Of a stretch of 64,000 nt of DNA, positions 41,660-55,214 are shown piece after piece. The stretch's first letter is position 1. The number at the start of each line of letters is the position of its first letter. This stretch comes from Pocillopora damicornis (taxonomy: Eukaryota): the NCBI RefSeq assembly GCF_003704095.1, contig NW_020846595.1:372001-436000 (forward strand), written 5' to 3'. The translations under genes and the position numbers were made by a program. The notes beneath the pieces are model-generated. The model saw only the letters and a program-made list of their open reading frames with translations. It had not been told where the DNA came from and searched no databases.

Positions 41660-42004
41660 CTACAATTTCCTTCATAGAGCAGGGGGCCCTACAGACTTTC
41701 ATCTTTAAAATTCATCAACATTGAGAAGGTTACAAGTGTTAATTGCCTACTAAAATTTAACATCACTGTGACCTTTTGAAACGCATGCGCATGAGGATGG
41801 TCCTAAATTTACCCGAATTGTAATAATTGCCATAAAATTTCAAATAGCGCAGTAACAACCACCACAGGTAGTTACGATACGAATTCTCCCAGGATCTCAG
41901 TTCGTTACCTCAATGCTGCACAAAATCAACAATCTCACTACCACATGTCTGTGAAATCCGAGATACAACGAAAATATTAATGGACTTGGTGGCTCCTCGT
42001 ATCC
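41660..42004 (+). promoter_or_regulatory. Putative type-3 Pol III (snRNA-type) upstream promoter of the 7SK gene
   Basis: TATTAA at -30..-25 (41975-41980). TCACTACCACATGTCTGTGAAA lies at the PSE position (~41935-41956). SPH/ZNF143-like TTCTCCCAGGATCTCAG at 41884-41900 and CTACAATTTCC at 41660-41670. NRF1-like ACGCATGCGCATG at 41781-41793. Confidence 0.55.
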
Positions 42005-42298
42005 GGAAGCGTAGGGTGCTATTACAGATATCTCCATCGCATCGCCCTCGTGGCTGATCTGGTGATATCCGTAACAGCTCTGGTTCGGTACCCTTTCTAG
42101 GAGTCCAATGCCAACCCAAAATTCCATATTCAGTCACTCCCGATGCTTCGCGCTCGGTGGAGAGACACCTTCACACACCTAACAGGAGTGTTTCGGTATA
42201 AACGTATCCTCGTTGCGCTCGCCTAAATTTGTAGGATACTGACTTAGTCAGTGATATCGCTTCCAGTGGCACTACAAGTGGTAGTATGCCATTGTTTT
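42005..42298 (+). ncRNA. RN7SK: 7SK small nuclear RNA (~294 nt)
   Basis: 5' GGAAGCG (42005-11) pairs with CGCTTCC (42258-64). AGGGTGC/GTACCCT form a stem (42013-19/42088-94). The 5' hairpin is CCATCGCATCGCC-CTCGT-GGCTGATCTGG (42034-62). CTCCCGATGCTTCGCGCTCGG lies at 42137-57. The 3' hairpin TGGCA-CTAC-AAGTG-GTAG-TA-TGCCA (42267-91) is followed by TTGTTTT. The blocks are collinear with human 7SK as I recall it. Confidence 0.92.
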
Positions 42299-42304
42299 GA
42301 TTTT
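42295..42304 (+). terminator. Pol III oligo-T terminator (TTTT, with a backup TTTT)
   Basis: TTTT at 42295-98 directly after the 3' hairpin, and a second TTTT at 42301-04. Confidence 0.75.
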
Positions 42305-42602
42305 ACTGTAGTAATATTAAGACCGAGAAGTTGGTATCCATAATTAGCTTTCGCAAGCCGATCGCTAGTACTCGTAATACACTTCTGGATCTTCCCCGTC
42401 CTACTTTGCCTTCTATCTTTCAAACTGGTCAGAAAATTTTCTTCGTGAAACAGCATACTTTTGTCTCTATTACCATTTTTTTGAATTTTTTCGTCAAAAT
42501 AGATACGAGTAATGTCGAGAACAGAACGATTAATCGACTGGCAAAACAACCTTACTTGACCCCACACGGGTACAAATATCCAGAGGTACTGGGTCCTATC
42601 AG

Positions 42603-42640
42603 ACGCATGCGTGATCTTGACTGATCCTCTTTCTCTATCC
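42603..42640 (+). promoter_or_regulatory. RPL23 core promoter: NRF1-like palindrome and TCT/5'TOP pyrimidine tract
   Basis: ACGCATGCGT at 42603-12 and CCTCTTTCTCT at 42626-36, just upstream of the ATG, as is typical for ribosomal protein genes. Confidence 0.7.
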
Positions 42641-42643
42641 AAC

Positions 42644-45472
<2,829 letters not shown>

Positions 45473-47694
45473 AATGTACAGAACATGTGTCAAAATTAAA
45501 CTCCTCTGACTACACACAGCTGTCATCTGATGTATTGAACCTTCTGATTTTCACATATTTTTGCCTGTGTCAGTCTCTCAGTCAGGGGAGATTGAAAAAA
45601 TAAGAGGCTGGCAACAATTGTCAGTTTTAGTTGTCAGAGGAACAGCTGACCCCTGCCAATATTTGCATATGTGCAATATTGGTCATTCATTTGGTGTGGT
45701 ACATAAGTTCACTTACCCTTTATTCCCCCTGAAATCAAAACTATGTTGTCTAAAGTAGACTCTCTAAAGTGTTTGTGAAGCCACGTTTAAAATTATTTAT
45801 TGATAGATTTACAAATCAACAGTTATTATCTTGACAGATATATTACTGGAGTGAATTGTTTCACACTACGCTTGCTGGTTTTTCTTCAGATGTTTGTAAC
45901 ATGCTTTCTTCCAAAGTAACCATGGAACTTGTTGACTCTCTTTGTGAGACTGTTAAAACACCAACATTTTGTTAAAATCTGGTGAAAATGGGGATTGTCT
46001 GGTGGCCTTAAGATGCACCATTTTTCTTGTGTGCCTACTATCCTTTCCTTCTTCAAGTCTTTCATTGTTTACTGTAGTCTATCAGCCCCTCTGGCTGAAA
46101 ATTACTCAGTTTCCCAAGTATAATGTTAGAAGGCTGGTTTCTCTCGAGAAAGAGCAAAAATTATCCTTGCGGTATGGGATAGAAACTTTTAGCAAGAAGA
46201 GATTGGGTCGAGATCTTTATGAGACTAAATATGTTTTGGGGTTATACACATGAGAGGAATTATTGGAACCAGACCGTTCTCGTCGTACAGGATCATGCGT
46301 ACGCTTTCCTTTTCCCGAGAATTGCATTGCCATGGTTTGCGTGAAATACGCTGATGTTTTAAGGCTCTGTTCCTGTTTCTAAAGCCAGGTAGTCAGACAC
46401 GTTCTTGGCCTGCACTTCGTTTGCGATCACATATACTTGGTTCTAGGCCTCGCCTACCCCAGTTGGCCGCCCTCTGTTCTCTCCAAGAACGCCACAATGT
46501 TTGTAGAGCTTTTAAGTTCTCTAAATGAGAAACGAAAGGAAAATAGTTTGCAGAATAGCCTCGAACTCAGTTTAAGGCTTCAATCACCATACTTCTGTTT
46601 GATCTTTGCAGTTTTCCTTTTTTCGTCAACTTTTTTTGTCTTAGCTCACGCAATGGATAGAACTCCCATTTTATTAAAAATTGTGACGAAATTATTGGAA
46701 ATTTTACTGACTTGCGCATCAATTATTCCCTATACATTTTTTCGGCGCCTATCTGCCACTTATGAATAGAAACAATTCATGATACATCAAGGAAAATTCT
46801 TTCAATTTAAGTTTCTATTGGTTTCGTATTTAATAAACAGCTTGATCGAGAGATATGTTGATACATCTTTTTCGTAGTTTCCTCAGTTAACAGAAATCTC
46901 ACGAGTGGTTTTCCCATAAGTTTTGATTAAAGAAGGCAAATGAAGGTTCCACTCTTTGTCAACTGAGAGGCAGTTACCGATGCATCAGAATCCATCAATA
47001 ATGGATGCACTCGTTTGTCTCGTTTTTTTAAACTTATTCTCGTTTCGATTCTGTGTCGTTCCTTAAGTTATGTAGTCTTCACTGTCCAACGAGAGGCGTC
47101 GTCTAATAACATTTTCCTACCAAAGCTAAAACATCTTTAAAAGATGTTTTTCAAACTCGCTTTAATTCTTACTTAATTCCGAAATTCAGAACTCCGAATT
47201 CTTAATACTTTTATGTATCCAATTACAGTACTATCATTCACGAGTTTCGCCGAGAACTGACTTTCGAACCACCCCTAGATCTGCCCCGGTAGATGTAATA
47301 TTTTTAACTATTGAGGAATCTGTTCTTCGAGAATTTGAAACAGTAGATACTTATTATGATGTAGCGTTCATGAACACCGAAGGGTCAAACTGTAAAAAAG
47401 AAGATAAAATTTCAACTTTATTTGGAATATGGAGTACATGATGTTGAACCAGACGTTAGAGGTGAGAAGGAAAGAGAAACAGAGTAACTCGGGCTAAAAA
47501 AAGAAGTTAAGTTATATGCAAACTATTTCTCCCCTAGCAGCACTTTTATTTGCGCTCTCCTTCTAACTCTCATTTTGTCAAAGGCATGTGACGAGAGAAT
47601 TACAACTATGCTTCACAAATCGCAGTAGCATTTTACAATCAAGTCGACTGTCAGATGTCAAATTAACTCCAAAATCGTCAACGGATGGTATAGT

Positions 47695-48894
47695 CTAAAG
47701 AGTTGGTGCTCGCCTTTCCATAGCACGAGTGTTCTCTGGCCGGATTTGCACACCTTGAAAGGGGCGCCTTCTTTTAATGAAATCCTTAACTGCCTTCTTA
47801 AATTCAGAACTCCGAAAGCTGTACAAAACAGGGTTAATGGCTGAGTTAAGATAACCCAACATAAGAAAGAAAGTAAGCAATTCATGATGCTTTGCGATAT
47901 CGATAGCACATTTCCAACATAGAATGGACGTGATGCTCAGAAATGAGTGAGGCAACCAACAGACCACGAACGAGAAAACGATCAGAAACGTTGTCCTGGC
48001 TGCACGAATGTTCCGTTGTTGTAATTTCCTGATGTGGATGGCTTCATGTCGCGATCGTATAGATTCGACAGGTTGTTGTTCTGAGGTAGGTGAATTGGAG
48101 CTCTCTTGGACTGAATTAAGCCTTGCTGCGTTTTCAATGCCTCCTGGTTCCGCTACTGAAACTTTCCCTCTCTTTGCTCTGAATCCAGTCATGTGTTTAG
48201 TTTTTCCAGTTCTGCGGCCAGTTTTTGGAGCATGCGTCCGCTTGACTGCAACGCAAAACATTTTGCAGTTCAGAAAGGAAGCGATTAAAACTGGTATCAC
48301 AAAATTTATGAACGAACTTAACACCGAATAAGTTAAAGAGATGTTGAAATGACAGTATTCACGATAAACACTTCTTGGATGCGGTTTCCAGCCAAAGACT
48401 GGGGCGAGTGAAAAGAGCACGGAGTATGCCCATAAACAGCAAACGACTATAGAGGCGCGCCTGCGAGTCATCAGTGGCGATGCCTTGTAGATGTCCAGAG
48501 GTTCTTGTAGGAGTCGGTATCGATAAACTGTCAAAGCCAACAAGCTTAGAATGGACGTGGGTACAGCAAATAAGTACGTTGTCGTCCATACATTGCACAT
48601 GATCTCACCATGTCTCCAGGGCTTGAATGAAATGATTATCTCTAAGTCAAATGGCATCACCAGACAAGTTGTTATCAGATCAGAAACTGCCAAGGAGAGT
48701 GTGAAGAACGTGTTGATGGATTGCCGCAGGGATCTGGTGATTAGTGTGACCACACAAACTGTGATATTTCCCATTAGCGAGGCGATGATAATGATGACGT
48801 AAAATATGGAACATGTGACCATAATTGGTGAGACATCAAGATTTTCAATGGCTGGCGAAGCAGTCGAGTTTATCGCATTTTCTGACTCATTCAT
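47695..48894 (-). CDS. Class A GPCR, biogenic-amine-receptor-like (copy 1)
   Basis: Intronless 7TM ORF starting MNESEN: GN in TM1, SLAVSD in TM2, C..W in TM3, YRY in place of DRY, CWLP in TM6, NSAINPVLY in TM7 and FKKA in helix 8. A splice acceptor lies ~30 nt upstream of the ATG. Confidence 0.92.
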   Translation of the reverse strand: MNESENAINSTASPAIENLDVSPIMVTCSIFYVIIIIASLMGNITVCVVTLITRSLRQSINTFFTLSLAVSDLITTCLVMPFDLEIIISFKPWRHGEIMCNVWTTTYLFAVPTSILSLLALTVYRYRLLQEPLDIYKASPLMTRRRASIVVCCLWAYSVLFSLAPVFGWKPHPRSVYREYCHFNISLTYSVLSSFINFVIPVLIASFLNCKMFCVAVKRTHAPKTGRRTGKTKHMTGFRAKRGKVSVAEPGGIENAARLNSVQESSNSPTSEQQPVESIRSRHEAIHIRKLQQRNIRAARTTFLIVFSFVVCWLPHSFLSITSILCWKCAIDIAKHHELLTFFLMLGYLNSAINPVLYSFRSSEFKKAVKDFIKRRRPFQGVQIRPENTRAMERRAPTL

Positions 48895-49194
48895 GGCGAA
48901 TAAGAACCCTTTTTTCCTCGCTAGGCCTGAAAAAATGGAAAACGTAAGAGACATTGCTGGCTGTGACAATTACAAATATACATATATGTACTGACATCTG
49001 ATTGGCTGAAACCAAAGTCAAAGGTTGCATGAATAAAACGAGATTTTCGCTGACAGTTTTAATCTTTTTAACAAGTTCGGTAAGTGACCAGGCCATCATT
49101 TTAAAATAAATTTAAAATGTATTGGTGAACTTATACTGTCAACTGGTAATCAAGAATGATCTCAGATAAAAGCTTAAAATAGACTATTGAGGTG

Positions 49195-49300
49195 ATGCAA
49201 ATTGTAAATGGAAGACGAGGCGGTCGAGTTAATCGCATTTTCTGACTCATTCATGGCAAACACTGCAGAACCTTTTTTCTTTGCTAAGCGTGCAAAAATG
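49195..49300 (-). pseudogene. 5' fragment of the same GPCR family (MNESENAINSTASSSIYN...)
   Basis: Strong match to the start of copies 1 and 4, including the upstream acceptor; homology stops after ~20 codons. Confidence 0.75.
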
Positions 49301-50410
49301 AAAATAGAAGGGTGTATAACTATATGTATCTCACTAGCATCCGATTGGCTTAAACCAAAATTCGATGGCTCGAAAAATTAATCAATGTTGCTTGAAACAG
49401 ATTGCGCAAGCACTGATGGTGTCTTAATCATATTTGGTAAGTGACCAAACCGTCCTTTGCAAATCAGTTTGAAATGCATTTGCAAACTGATAATGTCTTC
49501 GAGTAATTAAGAAAGAGCTCAGATGATTATTATTACTGACTGTCACTGGGATGAAACAACTGATTCGATGGGCCATAGTTTTTTTTTTATTATTTTAATT
49601 GACTCTGCTCAATAAGTGTAGTGCTTTTGACTGCGCTGACTTGTTTGCAGAATAATATTGAAAAAGAAAAATACCTGTGAAATGTGAAAACGACCCTGCC
49701 CGTAGAGTAACTGCTCTATCTCGTGTTAATTTGTGTTTCAGATTGCAGCAGTTGTTGCACTGCAAATGAAGGTGATTTGTAATTTCCGCCCTTTAAACAT
49801 TACAGCAAAACACTCTCAGATTATTTTCCATTTGAAAGAGGATTTACATATCAAATACCAAGAAGCCTAAAAGCTTATTTTTCATTTCTTTAGTTTTTCT
49901 CACAAGAACTCTTCAGAATTTATTCATTACTTTCCTTTATATCAACATTCTCTGAGAACTAAAAGAAAAGGTTATCAGAATAAAGATGTTTTTTGGTAAT
50001 AATCATACAGTGCTAAATTACATTGTTCTCATTTTCAATTCATGGTCATTTTATCAAATATATTTCAGAGTATTAGGAATGGCGAATATTCTGTTCAAAA
50101 AATAACTGTCCGGCAGATCCGTGTTTGACCAGTTCCTTTCGTCAATCTCGATTATTTTGTATATAACTGTTTTGAGGTCTAGAATGTTTTAGTGACTTAG
50201 TCCTGAGATCAGCTGTACTCTTCAAGTAGCCAGACATACATGCGACCGACACACTGAGCGGAAACAAACTGTTCGTTTTTGCTGAATGAGCAAGCAAGAA
50301 AACAGCAGGCCTTGATACCTTCGCTCTGACGAAGGGCTAATGCTCGAGACATCAGTGTCAGAATCTCTATAGAGGTCAATTCACATTATCAACTCATAAA
50401 ACCAAGTAGT
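49265..50410. repeat. Segmental duplicate A (GPCR upstream region); inverted copy at ~54112-55214
   Basis: For example, GTATTAGGAATGGCGAATATTCTG (~50070) is the reverse complement of CAGAATATTCGCCATTCCTAATAC (~54430). Collinear similarity extends over ~1.1 kb. Confidence 0.85.
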
Positions 50411-51849
50411 CTGTGGCTCGTTTGCTGGAATAAAACTATTCTAGAAATCTCGAAAAGGCTAACTCTACTCTTCACTCTCCGTCTTTACAAGTCAACTATC
50501 CTGAAAGCTGAAACGGTCACTGGATGATTAGGTCGCGAATGTTTTAAAGCTAAACTTGAAAAAGAAGAAATTTATATTTTATCGGTGAAAGTCAACTTCG
50601 AATTTGAAAGGTTATTATTGTCATCAGAACGCTGGCTTGCACTTTTGTAACATAATCACCATTTGTTGTTCCCTCTATTGCTAATTATAGTAACTCAAGT
50701 GTGTAACCCTCGAATTTCTAGAAATGCATTGGAAGACAAAGTTTTTGGATCATACCTGTCTTTGAGGAAGTTCTTAGGATCTCAAGAGAGAGTCTTGATC
50801 CAGGCTGTTTGACTTTCTCATGGCAAGTTTCAGATGACTCTAAATTTGATAGAGATGTTTACACGCCATCGCCCAGAGTAAATTTTCCATAACAATCGAT
50901 TGATCGCGTTATTCAAAATTCGGGCTGCCACTTATTGCAACTGATGTCCATTTTTTGACAGCAAACATTGATAATGACGTTAAAAATATAAAAGAAACCG
51001 GCTGCATAAATGAAAATTTTACTAACCTCAACTTAAGTTAAAGTTATTCTGCCAAAGCATGCAAGTACTGCCTTACATTCATGTCCACCGAAAGATGTAC
51101 TTCGAAACTATTGGTTTGGTAACGTAAATCAGACAGGAAAAGGAATCACACAGTAATGGCCTAATTACTGACTAAAAATAAGAGCTGAAATAAAGAACCG
51201 ATTTCTAATTTACGCATTTGGTGGTAATATTTCTTTGTCACCGGGAGAATTTGTTTTTCACTGGACAAAATTACGCAGCTGCTGAAGTCGGTATAACAAA
51301 GTCAGACAAAGCCTCCGCTACGTCTGATGGGGGAGGACAGATGACTGACTTGCACGCGATCACATCGGGAAAATGATTGATGGAGACTTCCGTTTAAAGC
51401 TTCCTGGATAAGTTGAAGTCCAATCTTCTCAAACGCGGAAATAAAACAAAAAAGGAGAGAAGTTTATGGACCAATTCGTAAAAATTCAATTCCTAAAACC
51501 AAGAGGAAATGAAGTCTCATTATCTTCTCTTGATAAATCATAAAATAACCTCGCCTTATGAACAATCGGTTAATACGACCACCTTCTCGTCACAACGTCC
51601 AGCGTTTTTTTGAGCTCGAACGAATCGAGAGTCCTGACAATTTTCACTTTAAAGCTTACGGCCAATTAATCTAACCATTTAACGGCCAAATTTACAAGGG
51701 AAATGTTTTTCATGGAACTGAGTTTCAGCTGAGGATGTCTAAGCTGAAGAGTTGAGTTGCAACAACGCGCGCTTAATTGTACTTGAGATGTAAACCCACA
51801 ATAGAGAACAGGAAAAAAAAAGAAACACCTCTTTCAATAATTTTCATCT

Positions 51850-52830
51850 TGATTTAGGACAATCTAGGTTTTATACTCTTTCAAATGAATTATCTTGTGC
51901 TCAATAATTTGTTTTTCGAATATTTTCACTCATTTGTAAAATAAACTTCCCAGGTCCGCTCAGTCAAACGACGTAATTATTCGCTGTTTTACGTTTAGTT
52001 TAACGATCACTTTCAAGTCGCCATGGATGTCTAGCAAGCCAACTGGGCTTAATTTTAATTTGCTTTCTCGAAATTCTCCTGCTACGTTTCCCTTTAGCGT
52101 TGAAAAACAAAAAAAAAAATTTACAACTCTCTCGTCTCCTTGGCCCCCTTTAATACTTCTTTTTCCTTCAAATGGGCTGTATTGAGTTAAACCGATATTC
52201 TGGGCTTTTCATTTTTTTAGTACGAGTCAATTTATACCAAACGCTATTTTCAGTTTTTTCTCGGAAGAAATGAACTGAAGAGGAGTTGTAAGACTTCTGA
52301 CGATGATGACTACTTTCAAACAATACCTTAGTTACCGATATCACAGGTGCAAACAAACTTTGCTGATTACGGAAACGGTCTTAAACCGTCTATTTTGAAC
52401 GCGAAAGCAAATTCAAGAAAAAAAATTCAAAATTAACAAGTTCGAGTGCAATATAATAATGAACTACTTGCCCACCTTGCTCGAACTGTGTTGGGAAATA
52501 TTGTCTCTCATGCAGTCATTGAATAAGTTCTTTCTACACATAAATGGTGGCTCCTTCCTGAGTTAGATAGCTCAATGCAGGACTGGATTTGAATTTAAAA
52601 CGAACAAAAATTGAGGACATGACGGGATGGCGAGTAGCGAAATAGACTTATTTAATGATATGGAACGAAGCTTGACAGCTGGTCTCAGAATCATCACGCA
52701 CGAGAAAGGACGTTGTTTTAAAATAGAGAAAGCGTGACGTTAAATGCAAATAGTACTGCTTACGGCGACTATTGAACGTTTAGCGGTCTTCTTTCAGCTG
52801 TTTACACCTGAGAATGAAAACGTTCATTTA
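51850..52830. repeat. Segmental duplicate B; direct copy at ~55315-56300
   Basis: Shared runs such as AATCTAGGTTTTATACTCTTTCAAATGAATTAT, AAGTCGCCATGGATGTCTAGCAAGCC and ACCGATATCACAGGTGCAAACAA. Confidence 0.85.
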
Positions 52831-53503
52831 AACGTTTTAAGGCAATGACAAAATAAAGAATGGACATTAAAGCCAAAGTGACATACAAGAGGACAACGCA
52901 CCATGCTATATTGTAGTCTAGGAAGGACTTGAAGTCATCAAATGCGCCATTCCATTGTGGCATGCAGTACTGCTTCGTTGGATACTCGACAAGGGTATAG
53001 ACGAGCAAGTTTGGGCACCAGACAGCCAAGGCAATGATCCAAGTGGCGAGGATATAGAACCTGCAGTGTTTTGAACTGATCAGTGGGGAACGGATGGGAA
53101 ATACCTCAGCTACGAATCGATCCACTGCTATCAAAACCAGGCTATGAATTGAAATAGTAGATGAGACGTCTATTGCGAAGTGAATCAGTTTACACAACAC
53201 TTGGTCAAGAGGACCGCCGATTAACCAAGGCTGAATATTGATGTGTAACCGTTCTAAATCCTGAGGAAACAGGAAAATCGGATACAGCAGATCGGACATG
53301 GCCATGTTTACAATGAAAAAGTTGGTGGGCTTTCTGAGGATTTTCGTCTTGTATACAATTAATCCAATGAGGGCATTTCCTACCAGTGAGACAACAAATT
53401 GCAGACAATAAGCGAAGGTTTCACTAATTCTTTGTGATGTGAAGTTGAAGCAGCTCAAAATGGACAACGTTATATTCATCGCTCCGGCCACGTTTGCCGA
53501 CAT
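52802..53503 (-). pseudogene. Truncated neuropeptide-receptor-like class A GPCR (TM1-TM5 only)
   Basis: GN in TM1, TNFFIVNMAMSD in TM2, IAVDRF, W in TM4, and TM5. The ORF then runs into the duplicated non-coding block (last ~10 codons) and stops; TM6 and TM7 are absent. Confidence 0.75.
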
Positions 53504-54111
53504 TCTAAGAACTGAATATCAATTTCTTTTGAAGTTAACAACTCTCTGGAGGCTGCCTATAAACTTTGTTTAGGGAAAACAAAGTCAATCATTTGCATAC
53601 GTTCCTAGAAAAGGATTTCCTGAAATTCGAGAATTCAGTTAAAATAATTGCTATCAGCTTGTATTACGAATAAAGTTATCGGTATGCTATTTCAGATTAG
53701 AATGCGCTCGGTAAAAAATAAAACTTTCAGAAGTTCCAACTTGTTAAAAGAATTGGAGACTGTCAACTTTACGAGTACCTTTGCTGTGTTTGTAGTGATA
53801 TTATACGTTCTTTTCTCCTTTAAAGATCAAGTCCTTTGCCACGTGTCGCGGTTTTTTGCGAAATCAGCTAGTCATGCTAGTGTTGAGATGTAAATTAAAT
53901 GATAACTTTTGGGAGAGTCCACACGGAAGTTCATCACACAACAGGGTCCGTTATAAAGGATCTTTGGCAAGGTTTACCGAGATATTCGTTGAGTAAATCA
54001 GTAAACATTGGNNNNNNNNNNNNNNNNNNNNNNNNNNNNNNNNNNNNNNNNNNNNNNNNNNNNNNNNNNNNNNNNNNNNNNNNNNNNNNNNNNNNNNNNN
54101 NNNNNNNNNNN

Positions 54112-55214
54112 TTCTAAACCGTTGGTTTTATGAGTTGATAATATGAATTGACCTCCATAGAGATTCTATCACTGATGTCTCGAACGTTAGCCATTCGCCA
54201 GAGCGAAGGTCTCAAGGCCTGCTGTTTTCTTGCTCGCTCATTCAGCAAAAACGAACAGTTCGTCTCCGCTCAGTGTGTCGGTCGTATGTCTGGCTTCTTG
54301 AAGATTACAGCTGATCTCAAGACTGAGTCACTAAAACATTCTAGACCTCAAAACAGTTATATAAGAAATAACCGAGACTGACGGAAGGAAATGGTCAAAC
54401 ACGGATTTGCCAGACAGTTATTTTTTAACAGAATATTCGCCATTCCTAATACCTCGAAAGATATTTGATAAAATGATCAAGAATTAATAATGAAAACAAT
54501 GTTATTGAGCACTGTATGATTATTATCAAAGAACATCTTTCTTTTAGTTCTCGGAGAATGTTAACATAAAGGAAATTAATGAATAAATTCTGAAGAGTTC
54601 TTTTGAGGAAAACTAAAGAAATGAGAAATAAGCTTTTAGGCTTCTTGGTATTTGATATGTAAATCCTTTTTCACTTGCTGATGGATTTATGAAAAATAAG
54701 CTCAGAATGTTTTGCTGTAATGGGTGAAGGGCGGAAATTACGAATCACCTTCATTTGGAGCTCAACAACAGCTGTTATCTGAAACACAAATTAGCAGGAG
54801 ATAAAGTAGTTACTGTAAAGGCGGGGTCGTTTTTCGCTCAGTTTTTTTTTCTTTTTTAAACATTATTCTGAAAACAAGTCAACGTAGTCAAAAGCACCCT
54901 GCATATTGAGCAGAGTGACAGTCAATTATAAGTTTTCATCTGAGCTTTTTCCAAATTACTCGGAGACATTATCGGTTTGCAAATGCATTTCAAACTGATT
55001 TGCGATGGACGGTTTGGTTACTTAGCAAATTTGATTAAGACACCATAAGTGCTCGCGCAATTATTAAAATAACAAAATATGTTTCGAGCAACATTAATTA
55101 ATTTTTCGAGCCAATTAATTTTGGTTTAAGCCAATCGGATGCTAGTGAGATACATAGAGCAATACCTCCTCCTTCTTTAATTTTTGCAGGCTTAACAAAG
55201 AAAAAAGGTTCTTG
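54112..55214. repeat. Inverted copy of duplicate A, ending at the GPCR acceptor (TTTTTGCAG|GCTTAACAAAG) just before a gap
   Basis: Reverse-complement similarity to 49265-50410, which suggests another GPCR copy or fragment starts in gap 55215-55314. Confidence 0.8.

Noticed and set aside
42082-42093. GGTTCGGTACC as a B-box of a tRNA or vault RNA
   Set aside because: No cloverleaf or matching A-box, and the segment is explained as part of the 7SK 5' domain.
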